Source: a virus. Taken from it: 64,000 bases of DNA. The position numbers were made by a program, and so were the translations under genes. Location of the stretch: positions 32,001 through 96,000 of IMG/VR virus record IMGVR_UViG_3300044799_000154; one strand, given 5' to 3'. Under the pieces are notes generated by a model. It was not told the origin of the DNA. It searched no databases and saw only the letters and a list, made by a program, of their open reading frames with translations. Below, piece after piece: positions 8,618-17,733 of the stretch. The number at the start of each line of letters is the position of its first letter. The first letter of the stretch is position 1.

Positions 8618-8960
8618 AATGTCCTCAACCTCGCCATTAGCTGATGAGATACTAAAGAAGAAAATGGATTGCTCTAGTCAGAACTATAATTTGGAAGCTG
8701 TCTTTATCAATCCAATTGACCTAATCTCCTTACTAACTGATATTAGATTCGAAGATGTTAGTTACTATGCACAGAAGAATGCTCCTCTAGATAGAGGCGA
8801 GGTAGGAATGATTCTAGGAGTCAAGATTATAGTCTCAACTAATGTCCCTCTTCACAAACTTCTATTTTCTGTGAATATGGGAGGATATAGAAGTGTTCAA
8901 GGTCCAGCGTGGGATAAAGAGATAGATGAGCAAGTAAATCCGAGTAGGAGAGATAATTAA
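8610..8960 (+). CDS. short protein resembling an HK97-fold major capsid protein fragment; C-terminal NPSRR tag
   Basis: VFINP...LL.D..F...GEVGMILGVKIIVSTNVP. Confidence 0.55.
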   Translation: MNRMSSTSPLADEILKKKMDCSSQNYNLEAVFINPIDLISLLTDIRFEDVSYYAQKNAPLDRGEVGMILGVKIIVSTNVPLHKLLFSVNMGGYRSVQGPAWDKEIDEQVNPSRRDN

Positions 8961-9269
8961 ATGTTTGACAACATTTTAGATTGGTGGATATTAATTATGA
9001 CTATCGTGAATGTAGTAGTCATTGGTGGATTCTCATTACTTAGAACTTACTATCAACGTAAGGCTCTTAAAGTCCAAGAAGAGACTCTGAAAGAATCAAG
9101 AGAATATTGGAACTCTTGGCAGAAAAGGTCTCAGAACATTAAAGTAGAAATGAAGGATGAAATGAAGAAGGAAGAGAAAGTTGAAAAAGAGTCTAAAAGA
9201 GTTGACAAGAGAAATAGAGCAAATAAACGCAAGACTCAAAGAGATAAAACTGGAAAAGACCAAGCTTGA
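8961..9269 (+). CDS. membrane-anchored coiled-coil protein
   Basis: N-terminal TM helix, charged tail. Confidence 0.6.
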   Translation: MFDNILDWWILIMTIVNVVVIGGFSLLRTYYQRKALKVQEETLKESREYWNSWQKRSQNIKVEMKDEMKKEEKVEKESKRVDKRNRANKRKTQRDKTGKDQA

Positions 9270-9612
9270 GACAGAGATTGAACATCTTGAGGATTCTATG
9301 GCTAAAGAGAAAGGGAAGATTACGACAGCTAACATTAATATTAAGAACTTTACAACTAGACGTTTGAAATCTAGAAAAGAGAGGAATAGAATAGTGAGAG
9401 AAGAAGATAATCTTGAGCAGACTGAAAAAGTCAAGAAGAAACAACTGGACAAAGCTAAGAAAGAGTTCTTTGAAAGCATGAAAAACCAAAAGGACTTTAC
9501 AACTGAGAAATATGGTCCAGATTATCTTCAAGATTTGGGTAATCTATTGATAGAGAATGGAAATAGCCATAATAAGAAGAAGGAGGAAAAGAAAGATGAA
9601 AGCACGAAGTAA
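9181..9612 (+). CDS. coiled-coil protein
   Basis: Heptad-rich charged sequence. Confidence 0.55.
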   Translation: MKKSLKELTREIEQINARLKEIKLEKTKLETEIEHLEDSMAKEKGKITTANINIKNFTTRRLKSRKERNRIVREEDNLEQTEKVKKKQLDKAKKEFFESMKNQKDFTTEKYGPDYLQDLGNLLIENGNSHNKKKEEKKDESTK

Positions 9613-9937
9613 TCCTTGTCCTGTTCCATGTGAAGAAAAAGAATCTGTTTCTAGGACACGATTTGGAAGACTAAAGAGAACTTTTCGAAATTTCAAGAGA
9701 AGAATATCAAAAGAGAATAAGAAAACTAAGATTAAAAGTGGTGGTCTCATGAGAGGTCAATGGAATCAAAAAGATTTGCCTAAAATCGTAAAGAAAATTG
9801 TGGATAACAATCTTGGAATCACTGACATAGAAATTTATTCTAATGAGATTCGTTGGCATTGTGAGATTAATTATTTTGACTTATTCCCTAAGAAGAAAGG
9901 AAATGAAAATCCAAGTAAAAGGGATGAAAATGAATAA
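9557..9937 (+). CDS. hypothetical protein, C-terminal NPSKR tag
   Basis: Ends ENPSKRDENE; true start may be downstream. Confidence 0.55.
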   Translation: MEIAIIRRRRKRKMKARSNPCPVPCEEKESVSRTRFGRLKRTFRNFKRRISKENKKTKIKSGGLMRGQWNQKDLPKIVKKIVDNNLGITDIEIYSNEIRWHCEINYFDLFPKKKGNENPSKRDENE

Positions 9938-10140
9938 TGGGAAAAAGATGTTTAGATATTAAGTGTCCTTATCTCGCATATGATGGGACTTGTCTAATGT
10001 CAAAAGGAGAACTAGCAGATAATTGTCCAGCGAGAGAGAATCTTAGAAATGAATCTAAAGATGTTTGGATAACTAACCTCAAATACGTTAAGAAGAATGG
10101 TAATCCTTCAAAGAGAAAGAATATGAAATTGGTGAGTTGA
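9937..10140 (+). CDS. Cys-rich small protein, C-terminal NPSKR tag
   Basis: C-x4-C...C...C; GNPSKR. Confidence 0.6.
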   Translation: MGKRCLDIKCPYLAYDGTCLMSKGELADNCPARENLRNESKDVWITNLKYVKKNGNPSKRKNMKLVS

Positions 10141-10587
10141 ATGAGAAAAAGACAAAGAAAGGGAAAAGCTGGAGAAGATAAGGCTGATCTGGAAGATACC
10201 AATACCAAGGTTAACCATGAGCCTACTGATCAGCAACTCAAAGAGTTCATTGCAAAGAAGAAAGGAAAAGAAATCACAGAAAGAGTAGAAACATTTGAAC
10301 CCATAGAACAAGCTGGTGTTGAGAAAGCTAAGATTCTTCAAGTTTCTGAAGAACAACCAAGAAAGAAAATGATTTTATCTAAGATGACTGAAGAAGAGAA
10401 AGAAATGTTTAATGCTAGGAATGAATGGATACGAGAACAAAGACGCAAAGCTTCAATAGAGAAAATACTCGAAAAAATGGGAAAGAACAAGTATTCAGGA
10501 TTAATAGGTCAGAAAATAAATATCATGGGAGAACTTTACGAGGTAAAAGCCATTGGAAGAAAACCAAAAGATACAAGAACCAAGTAA
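10141..10587 (+). CDS. hypothetical charged protein
   Basis: 148-aa ORF. Confidence 0.6.
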   Translation: MRKRQRKGKAGEDKADLEDTNTKVNHEPTDQQLKEFIAKKKGKEITERVETFEPIEQAGVEKAKILQVSEEQPRKKMILSKMTEEEKEMFNARNEWIREQRRKASIEKILEKMGKNKYSGLIGQKINIMGELYEVKAIGRKPKDTRTK

Positions 10588-10981
10588 GGAATCTTTTCCC
10601 AGTTGCGAAGAATGTGCATGGAAGCTTGAAACCTTATCTGGAATCAGTCCATGTGAGTATTGTATAAGGAATCCAGAAATAGTTTCCAAGCGATGGAAAG
10701 GACCAAAAGAACTTAGCATTAAAGGTGTTCAGATGAAAGTTCCAAGAGATATGTATATCTCAAAGGAAATGCTAGATTTCTTTAAGATAATAATTTCAAC
10801 CTATTCCAGAGAAAATGAGATGCTACAAGCAATGATGGAAAGAAACAAGAGAAGTCCTCCTATCTTGAAGCCAATGTGGGAATATCCTTATTGGAAGATA
10901 ATTACAGTAGATAATAAAACCTATCAGACTACTTGGATGTCTTATGCTGTCCAAATGAGAAAAGGAAGTATGCTAGTTTAG
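10553..10981 (+). CDS. Cys-motif hypothetical protein
   Basis: CEEC...PCEYCIRN. Confidence 0.6.
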   Translation: MEENQKIQEPSKESFPSCEECAWKLETLSGISPCEYCIRNPEIVSKRWKGPKELSIKGVQMKVPRDMYISKEMLDFFKIIISTYSRENEMLQAMMERNKRSPPILKPMWEYPYWKIITVDNKTYQTTWMSYAVQMRKGSMLV

Positions 10982-11346
10982 AAAGTGAGAACTTGGAAAG
11001 AAGACCAAAACAATGGGGAGAAGAGATAGTTTGTATTGATGAGCCAGAGTATGCTATGAAGATTCTAAAGATAAAGAAGCTTCATCATACTTCAATGCAT
11101 TATCATCCTACCAAGAAAGAAACTTTCTATGTTCTTGAAGGAGAACTCAAAGTTCATCTTCAAACTGGTTGCTGTGGTAGCTTCTGTCCTGTAATGAAAG
11201 ACCAAACATATACAATTCTTCCAGGTACTAAGCATAGTATTCATGCAGTAATGGATGCTATTATAATTGAAGTCTCTACTCAACCAAAGGATGACTCTAT
11301 TAGGATTGAAAGCCAACAAGGTGAAGAAATTGCAACAAAGAACTGA
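10933..11346 (+). CDS. cupin-domain protein (mannose-6-phosphate isomerase / sugar isomerase-like)
   Basis: KQWGEE, SMHYHPTKKETFYVLEG, HSIHA, IIEVST; probable start TTG at 10993. Confidence 0.8.
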   Translation: MDVLCCPNEKRKYASLESENLERRPKQWGEEIVCIDEPEYAMKILKIKKLHHTSMHYHPTKKETFYVLEGELKVHLQTGCCGSFCPVMKDQTYTILPGTKHSIHAVMDAIIIEVSTQPKDDSIRIESQQGEEIATKN

Positions 11347-11518
11347 GTCCTGGGATATTAGAGGATGGTCTCTCCAACAAATAAAAGACAAACTTAATGG
11401 TATTTTTAGAAGAAAAGAAATTGCTATAGAAGAGATTCATGTTACCCCTCAGACTTTACGAATTAAATATTATGAGAAAGAGTCAAATGAAGTGGTGAAT
11501 CCTAGTAAGAGGTATTAA
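11267..11518 (+). CDS. hypothetical protein, C-terminal NPSKR tag
   Basis: Ends VVNPSKRY. Confidence 0.55.
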   Translation: MKSLLNQRMTLLGLKANKVKKLQQRTESWDIRGWSLQQIKDKLNGIFRRKEIAIEEIHVTPQTLRIKYYEKESNEVVNPSKRY

Positions 11519-11519
11519 G

Positions 11520-12182
11520 ATGGAAACAATAATCCTAGCGGGTGGTTCTGGAAAACGACTGAGGCTGGAGACAAAAACACCAAAGCCACTTCTCAAGCTG
11601 AATGGAACAACATTAATAGATTATCAATTGAAGTGGTTATCCTCTTATGGGTTTGATAAGTTCTATGTTCCCAGTCATGATAAAATTAAAACCAAAACTC
11701 CTATTGTTTGGATTAAAGAACCAAAGGAGAAATTGGGGACAGGAGGAGCAATTAAGATAGCTCTTCAGAAAGTTCAAGATTCTAGAGTCTATATTATGAA
11801 CGTAGATGACATCGTATTCTATGATCCAAATACGCTTGTTAAGGAAGCATATCTTGGAGGGTCAATCTTAGTAACCAAACCAGTCTCAGGATTTGGAAGA
11901 GTAGAATTTGACAATGCTGATAATGTCTCTCAGTTTGTTGAGAAACCAGAGATGCCTTGGAGTACAAGTTGTGGACATTATGCAATGAAGAGAGATGTTC
12001 TTATGAAGTATCTTCCAGATAAAGGAGATATCGAAGTATGCACTTTCCAGCCTATGGCTACTGCTAAGTTATTGAGAGTTTTAGAGTACAACGGAACGTG
12101 GATAACAATAAATACATTTAAAGATTTAGATAAAGCAAGAGGAGAATTACATGCAACTAAAGCTCTCACCTTATACCTTTAA
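11520..12182 (+). CDS. sugar-1-phosphate nucleotidyltransferase
   Basis: IILAGGSGKRL...PKPLL, LGTGGA, FVEKP motifs. Confidence 0.85.
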   Translation: METIILAGGSGKRLRLETKTPKPLLKLNGTTLIDYQLKWLSSYGFDKFYVPSHDKIKTKTPIVWIKEPKEKLGTGGAIKIALQKVQDSRVYIMNVDDIVFYDPNTLVKEAYLGGSILVTKPVSGFGRVEFDNADNVSQFVEKPEMPWSTSCGHYAMKRDVLMKYLPDKGDIEVCTFQPMATAKLLRVLEYNGTWITINTFKDLDKARGELHATKALTLYL

Positions 12183-12333
12183 ACGATATACTTATCCAAA
12201 CAAAGTAGGATGGCTTGGTTGGATAGAAACTAACAAGGATACTATTTATATAGATCTTCAAGGTAAGATGTATCATTGGAAACTAGAAAAGGTTTCTTGT
12301 AATAAAGTATTCAATCCCTCTTATCGTTGGTGA
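12151..12333 (+). CDS. hypothetical protein, C-terminal NPSYR tag
   Basis: Ends VFNPSYRW. Confidence 0.55.
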   Translation: MQLKLSPYTFKRYTYPNKVGWLGWIETNKDTIYIDLQGKMYHWKLEKVSCNKVFNPSYRW

Positions 12334-12337
12334 TAAT

Positions 12338-13585
12338 TTGAAATTACAAAATAGTCCTTTTACTAAAGAATTTTTTAAGCTCTCATATGGGAAATATGGG
12401 AACTTGGGATTATTCTGGGGACCACTCATCCTATTAACTTCTTGTTATGTTGTAGCTCCAGAGAAGTTCTTAATGATGAAATGGGGCTATTCTGGAGTAG
12501 GTAAAACGATATCTGATAAGGTTTCTTTATTTTTTGTAGAACCATCTGCTGGAGGTAAACCAGCCAATGGGCAAGAAGAGGAAGTGCCTTATCTAATTCT
12601 TTCGGCTAGATTAACTCCAGCAGGGCTTGGAAAGATGCTCAAAAATGAGAAAGTCTCTGCTTATAAATTCCGCAAGGCTAATTTGATTCTATATGAAGAT
12701 TTGTCAAAGGCGACTACTTCTTATCTTCAGAAGACTGCTGTTACTTTCTTAGCTGCCCTTACTGAATCCAAGACTTTAGATGATATTACATCTGATGGTG
12801 CAGGTCTAGGACTTCCTATGTCTGATAAGAAAAAGAAATGTATGCTCTCAGGCACACCATCTCAATTTGATTTCATTAGTTCACAAGATGTCTTCACAGA
12901 ATATATTGATAGACGTAGTATCTCTATCTTTCTTTTGATGTCATCTGATGAATGGAATGAAAGAATCAATAGAGCTAGAAATGGTACATTCTCTAGAGAT
13001 GATGATAAGATAATAGAGGAATGGAAAAGATTAATCTCTGATGCTTTTGTCAAATCTGATATTCAACCAGAAAGTGCTTGTCCAGATATTCACATTGATA
13101 TGACTTCTCAAGCTAGGCAAGAAGTCTATGATGAGATGCTTAAAATCAAAAGATTCCCAGAGAACTTGATGTTAATGATAGATGCTCTAGCTAAAGGTCA
13201 TGCTATGTTGAATGGAAGAAACTGTACTTGCAATGAAGATTATGAAGTTCTAGGAAAGCTATTCTCTAGGTATCTATTCATTGGAAGCGTCAGGAAGAAG
13301 GAATTCCTACTCATTGAAGAAATCATGAGAAATAATGGCAGAGTATCTATGAAATATCTAGTTCACATATTACAAGGAAGAACCCAAGGAAGCAATCTAC
13401 CAGAAGTAATATCTGTTGAGAAGACTATCAAGAAGTATGCTGAATTGTCTCCATTCATAGAATACAAGTTGATGGATGAGCCTTATGGTAATTTGAGAAG
13501 ACAAGTAGCCTATTTAGAGCTTACAGATAATTTGAAGAAGATAATCTCAGAATGCATGAGAGAAACTAAGGAAGCAATCCAATGA
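12338..13585 (+). CDS. AAA+ ATPase, MCM/MoxR-like (putative helicase)
   Basis: Walker A GYSGVGKT, Walker B LILYED, Arg finger DRR, lid LAKGHAMLNGR. Confidence 0.65.
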   Translation: MKLQNSPFTKEFFKLSYGKYGNLGLFWGPLILLTSCYVVAPEKFLMMKWGYSGVGKTISDKVSLFFVEPSAGGKPANGQEEEVPYLILSARLTPAGLGKMLKNEKVSAYKFRKANLILYEDLSKATTSYLQKTAVTFLAALTESKTLDDITSDGAGLGLPMSDKKKKCMLSGTPSQFDFISSQDVFTEYIDRRSISIFLLMSSDEWNERINRARNGTFSRDDDKIIEEWKRLISDAFVKSDIQPESACPDIHIDMTSQARQEVYDEMLKIKRFPENLMLMIDALAKGHAMLNGRNCTCNEDYEVLGKLFSRYLFIGSVRKKEFLLIEEIMRNNGRVSMKYLVHILQGRTQGSNLPEVISVEKTIKKYAELSPFIEYKLMDEPYGNLRRQVAYLELTDNLKKIISECMRETKEAIQ

Positions 13586-13821
13586 CAGAACAGAAAGACT
13601 TAAATCCCTCAAAGCGTACTCAGAAAGAAGAGGACGATATTCTCTGGAACCTCAAAAAAGAATTAGAACTTTATCGAACCAAATATTGGAATGAAGTTAA
13701 AGCAATCCATATATGGAGAGATAAGGAATGGAACATGGAAAAGAAAAGGAACGAGTGGAGATTATGCTTCATTATGTTTATTGTTCTCATGGTTATCCTC
13801 AAATTAATAAAAGTGATATAA
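13582..13821 (+). CDS. C-terminally anchored membrane protein, N-terminal NPSKR tag
   Basis: DLNPSKR; C-terminal hydrophobic helix. Confidence 0.6.
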   Translation: MTEQKDLNPSKRTQKEEDDILWNLKKELELYRTKYWNEVKAIHIWRDKEWNMEKKRNEWRLCFIMFIVLMVILKLIKVI

Positions 13822-14169
13822 ATGAAAGAAGAAGAATATCTAAAATTGATTGAAGAGTCATGGAAGAGACGAAAAGCAATCCATACAAAGAAGAGCCATG
13901 ATTATGCTACTGAAGATGTACTCTCAAATTTCAAGAGAGTAGCTCAAATGATAGAGATTCTAGGTGTAGACCCAACTACTCCTCATGGAATAGCTTGTGT
14001 ATACATTATCTTGAAAATGGATAGATTCTGTAATCTTGCTTTCCGTAAGAGTGGAGAAGAACCTAGCAATGAAGCCGTTGAAGATACATTGGATGATTGG
14101 AAGAGTTATCTAGACTTGTTAGACGCAAATTGGTTGGAGTATAGGAAGAAACAACAAACTCCCACTTGA
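13822..14169 (+). CDS. DUF1599/Nmad1-like (nucleotide-modification-associated alpha-helical) protein
   Basis: KKSHDYA...LSNF...KMDR...EDTLDD pattern. Confidence 0.65.
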   Translation: MKEEEYLKLIEESWKRRKAIHTKKSHDYATEDVLSNFKRVAQMIEILGVDPTTPHGIACVYIILKMDRFCNLAFRKSGEEPSNEAVEDTLDDWKSYLDLLDANWLEYRKKQQTPT

Positions 14170-14256
14170 TAGAGTCGAGAGAGTTAGTTCTTCTAGGAAT
14201 GGATGGAAGGATGGATAAAATGTTTTTCAGATTAACTAACTCTACAGAGATTTCTA
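14170..14256 (+). other. intergenic stem-loop
   Basis: Perfect 10-bp inverted repeat AGAGTTAGTT (14180-14189) / AACTAACTCT (14234-14243), with an imperfect outer stem. Confidence 0.4.
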
Positions 14257-14301
14257 GGTGAAAGGAGTTCTGTTTCTTCCAACAGCAAAGAGGTATTCTG
14301 A

Positions 14302-14640
14302 ATGAATGGAGTAGATTATGAAGCGATGATTAGAGCTAGAGTTAAGACAAGACCTGTCTCATTAAGAGAGAACTTGGACACAAAGCATGGAATCTCACTA
14401 TTCCAGAAACTGAATCTAGAAAAATCTTTCAAAGTATTGAAAACATATCCAATCAAGAATCTTGGAACTAGTCATGAATACATTGAGATTGTTGAGTGTC
14501 CTAGATGCAAAGAGGAATTTCCAAGACTTGTTAGGTCAGGATGTTTTAATGTGCATATTGACCCAGAAACTTGTCCAAAATGTAATTATCCTTTTAACAT
14601 TCAACCAAAAGATGAAGATATTAATCCATCAAAAAGATAA
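14302..14640 (+). CDS. Zn-ribbon protein, C-terminal NPSKR tag
   Basis: CPRC...CPKC; ends INPSKR-stop. Confidence 0.65.
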   Translation: MNGVDYEAMIRARVKTRPVSLRENLDTKHGISLFQKLNLEKSFKVLKTYPIKNLGTSHEYIEIVECPRCKEEFPRLVRSGCFNVHIDPETCPKCNYPFNIQPKDEDINPSKR

Positions 14641-14651
14641 GGAGGAAGAAT

Positions 14652-14849
14652 ATGTCAAAGAAAGAAGAAAAGGAAGCTGAACTGTCTGATGTCTTAAAGG
14701 AAGCATCAAAGAGAAAGAAGATTCCAGAAATAGTTGCTGGAGTACCTATCTCTGAGAAAGAAGAGACATTCCCTGATGGACAACAGGCTAAGGGAGAGAA
14801 GCTTCCACCTGAGAAAGTAGAAGTAAAGAAAGAAGAAAAGAAGGAATAG
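14652..14849 (+). CDS. small charged protein
   Basis: SD AGGAGG upstream. Confidence 0.6.
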   Translation: MSKKEEKEAELSDVLKEASKRKKIPEIVAGVPISEKEETFPDGQQAKGEKLPPEKVEVKKEEKKE

Positions 14850-14854
14850 ATTTC

Positions 14855-16390
14855 ATGACTAACTATACGATGAAATCCTTGATAAACAATGGGATTTATG
14901 TAGCTCCTATTGAGTATCATGGATTCACTATCAAAGTCAAAGGTAAACCTGTTAAGCTTAATACTAAAGCTGAACAGATGGCAATTGCTTGGTGTCGTAG
15001 ATTACTAAGTCCTACTCTTTCTAAACCAGATGAAGTTATGATAAAGAATTTTATGGAAGACTTCTCTAAAGAACTCTCTTTAACTACACAATATTCTGAA
15101 GTGGATTTTACTGAAGTTTTATCGTGGTTAACCTTGGAAAAAGGATCCAGGGAGACGATGACCAAAGAGTTAAAGAAAGCACTTTCATTAGAACGAAAAG
15201 GAATCCGTGAGAAACTCAAAGAACATTATGGTTTTGCTATTGTAGATGGCAAGACTCTTGAGATAGGTAATTGGGCTTCTGAACCATCCTGTCTATTTGT
15301 AGGAAGAGGAAACCATCCAATGAGAGGACATTGGAAGGAAGGTCCAAAGGAAGAAGATATTATACTCAATCTTAGTCCTAATGCTCCAAGACCTAAAGGG
15401 AATTGGAAGAGCATTGTGTGGGAACCCAATAAGATGTATCTTGCAAAGTGGGTTGACAAATTATGTGGCAAGGTGAAGTATGTCTTATTTTCTGACTCAG
15501 CATTTCTTAAGCAAGATAGAGAGAAAGCTAAGTTCGAGAAAGCAGAACTCCTCGGGAAGAACATTCAAGTTGTTGAGAAGCATATTCAAACTAATCTTAA
15601 CGCTAAAGATTTGAAAAGACGAAAAGTAGCAACAGTTAGTTACCTCATCTTAGCAGTAAACATGAGAGTTGGAGATGAGAAAGACCCTGATGAAGCAGAT
15701 ACTGTTGGAGCTATCACTTTAAGACCTCAACATCTAACTATCTTAGGAAATGAGATTCTCTTTGATTTCCTTGGAAAAGATTCTGTTAGATGGGAGAAGA
15801 AAATCATAGCATCACCACAAGTTATAAACAATCTACAGGACTTTGCTACTCATTGTAAGGATTATCTCTTTGAAGGAATAACTTCAAGTGATGTTAAGGA
15901 ATTCTTATCAGAAGCATTGTCTGGATTATCAGCGAAAACATTCAGGACTTGGAAATGTACAGATAGAGTAAAAGCTTATCTAGACCAATGTGGTGCCAAG
16001 AAAACAGATACAGATGACGTAAAGAAGTATCATGCTAAGAAAGCTAATCTAGAAGCTGCTAAGATTGCCAATCATAAAAGGAAAGTACCAGATAACTTTG
16101 ATCAAAAGTTGAATGAACGAGATATGAAAATCGAGGAAGAAAATAAAAGACTTAGAGAACTGATGAAGCAAGGAAAAGCTAGTGACTTTGCTATCAGGAA
16201 AGTAAGAAAAGCTGAGATGGAAGTAGACTTAGCTAAAGAAGCAAGGGATTACAATCTCAATACGTCTCTTAAGAATTATATAGACCCTAGTGTGTATGTT
16301 CAATGGGCAAAGAAGGTAGACTTCAGTTTGAAGAATCTATACTCTAAGACTCTCCAAAAGAAATTTAGTTGGTTATTTGAAGATGAGTAA
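14855..16390 (+). CDS. top1: DNA topoisomerase IB (archaeal/eukaryotic type)
   Basis: Catalytic pentad MRVGDEKD (R), FLGKD (K), AKTFRT (R), ANH (H), TSLKNYIDP (Y); GRGNHP motif. Confidence 0.95.
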   Translation: MTNYTMKSLINNGIYVAPIEYHGFTIKVKGKPVKLNTKAEQMAIAWCRRLLSPTLSKPDEVMIKNFMEDFSKELSLTTQYSEVDFTEVLSWLTLEKGSRETMTKELKKALSLERKGIREKLKEHYGFAIVDGKTLEIGNWASEPSCLFVGRGNHPMRGHWKEGPKEEDIILNLSPNAPRPKGNWKSIVWEPNKMYLAKWVDKLCGKVKYVLFSDSAFLKQDREKAKFEKAELLGKNIQVVEKHIQTNLNAKDLKRRKVATVSYLILAVNMRVGDEKDPDEADTVGAITLRPQHLTILGNEILFDFLGKDSVRWEKKIIASPQVINNLQDFATHCKDYLFEGITSSDVKEFLSEALSGLSAKTFRTWKCTDRVKAYLDQCGAKKTDTDDVKKYHAKKANLEAAKIANHKRKVPDNFDQKLNERDMKIEEENKRLRELMKQGKASDFAIRKVRKAEMEVDLAKEARDYNLNTSLKNYIDPSVYVQWAKKVDFSLKNLYSKTLQKKFSWLFEDE

Positions 16391-16673
16391 AATATATATA
16401 CCTCTAACAAAAGAGATTAAAATTCAAGGATATAAGTTCAAGATAAAAGCTCTCACATTTGAAGACCTGAGAGTTCTAAGTTCTATCGACCAAACTAATG
16501 CCATAGAGTTCACCAAGACAGTCATGGAAAGAGGAGTATTGAAATCAGAAGCAGATATTTCTTCATTACCTATTCCATTGTATACTGAACTTCTTAAGGA
16601 AATCATGGATTTCTCTGGTCTTGGACAAGGAAACAATATTTTCAATCCTTCAGCGAGGAAACAAATACCTTGA
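16377..16673 (+). CDS. tail-assembly-chaperone-like small protein, C-terminal NPSAR tag
   Basis: FKIKALTFED...LYTELLKEIMDFSGL resembles XkdN-like chaperones. Confidence 0.5.
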   Translation: MKMSKIYIPLTKEIKIQGYKFKIKALTFEDLRVLSSIDQTNAIEFTKTVMERGVLKSEADISSLPIPLYTELLKEIMDFSGLGQGNNIFNPSARKQIP

Positions 16674-16924
16674 AAAGACGAAAAGTGAGATCTCGTTTTC
16701 CCATCAAACGTACTCGGTTAACCATGGTAAAAAGACCTCGAATAAGAATTCCTTCTTATGAAGAGCAATATCCTCATGATATGTTGTATCATCCTTCTCC
16801 CTCAATGAAAAGACTTGAGAAGATGATTGAAAAGGAGGACTTTAATCCTTCAAGACGCAGACAAAGAAAACTTAAGCAAATCTTGGATGAAGATACAGAA
16901 TTTGATAATGAGAATGACACTTAA
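16670..16924 (+). CDS. basic hypothetical protein with NPSRR
   Basis: DFNPSRRR. Confidence 0.5.
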   Translation: MKRRKVRSRFPIKRTRLTMVKRPRIRIPSYEEQYPHDMLYHPSPSMKRLEKMIEKEDFNPSRRRQRKLKQILDEDTEFDNENDT

Positions 16925-16938
16925 GTAAAGGAATAATT

Positions 16939-17175
16939 ATGGACCCTAGTAAAAGAGTAAACAAGAATCCTCATGTCACACCTGGTTGCCAAGGTTGTAT
17001 TTATGAAAATCAAGATAATCCTACTAAGAGACCTTGCTTTCTATGCGTTAGAAAAGAATTCATGATCATAGATAGCAAATTAACTACAAGGGAATTGATG
17101 GCTCATTACAAAGAATATTTTGAGGAAGGCAAACAAACGTATAGAGATCATTATATGCCTCATGAAAAGGTTTAG
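16939..17175 (+). CDS. Cys-motif protein with DPSKR/NPTKR tag variants
   Basis: CQGC...PCFLC. Confidence 0.6.
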   Translation: MDPSKRVNKNPHVTPGCQGCIYENQDNPTKRPCFLCVRKEFMIIDSKLTTRELMAHYKEYFEEGKQTYRDHYMPHEKV

Positions 17176-17186
17176 GGAAGGATAAA

Positions 17187-17552
17187 ATGACTGAGACTCG
17201 GAAATTAGATGTATGGAAATTGAAAGATAGACAACTGATTGAGAAGCTTCCATGTGCTTTCTGTGGAAAACATAAGATAAGCTTTAGAAGCTCAGATGGA
17301 TATGAATCTCATTTCTCAGATTCAGACTTTGATTGTCTCAATTGTGGTTGTTGTTATCCTGTTGGTTTATTCATACCAGACAAGACTCTAGATGAATGCA
17401 AGGAAATGATGAAAAGGAGAGCATTGGGATATTATACTCAACTTCAGAAAGATTACCTAGAAAAATCTGAGATTGCTACAAGATTGAAGAAACAAATGAA
17501 AATGTATGAGGATAATTTCAATCCATCAAAGAGGGAAGAACTTGGAAGATGA
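17187..17552 (+). CDS. Zn-ribbon protein, C-terminal NPSKR tag
   Basis: PCAFCG...CLNCG. Confidence 0.65.
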   Translation: MTETRKLDVWKLKDRQLIEKLPCAFCGKHKISFRSSDGYESHFSDSDFDCLNCGCCYPVGLFIPDKTLDECKEMMKRRALGYYTQLQKDYLEKSEIATRLKKQMKMYEDNFNPSKREELGR

Positions 17553-17733
17553 CAGACCTCGTTGTATAGATTGTGCTATGTATCAAATAGGATGTAGAAG
17601 TGAAGAGCTCTTATGTTGTTCTTGCTGTCCTGAGTATAGAAGAATCCCTGGAGATTGGAGAATAGTTATAGATAGATTACTCATCAGAATAACTAGATGG
17701 TGGTTGAAACATGGAAATAAAGGACTATATTAG
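17506..17733 (+). CDS. Cys-rich small protein
   Basis: CIDC...CCSCCP. Confidence 0.5.
   Translation: MRIISIHQRGKNLEDDRPRCIDCAMYQIGCRSEELLCCSCCPEYRRIPGDWRIVIDRLLIRITRWWLKHGNKGLY

Noticed and set aside
14255-14301. Fluoride riboswitch or C/D box sRNA
   Set aside because: Only partial resemblance (GGAGTTC, CTGA); the required consensus elements are missing
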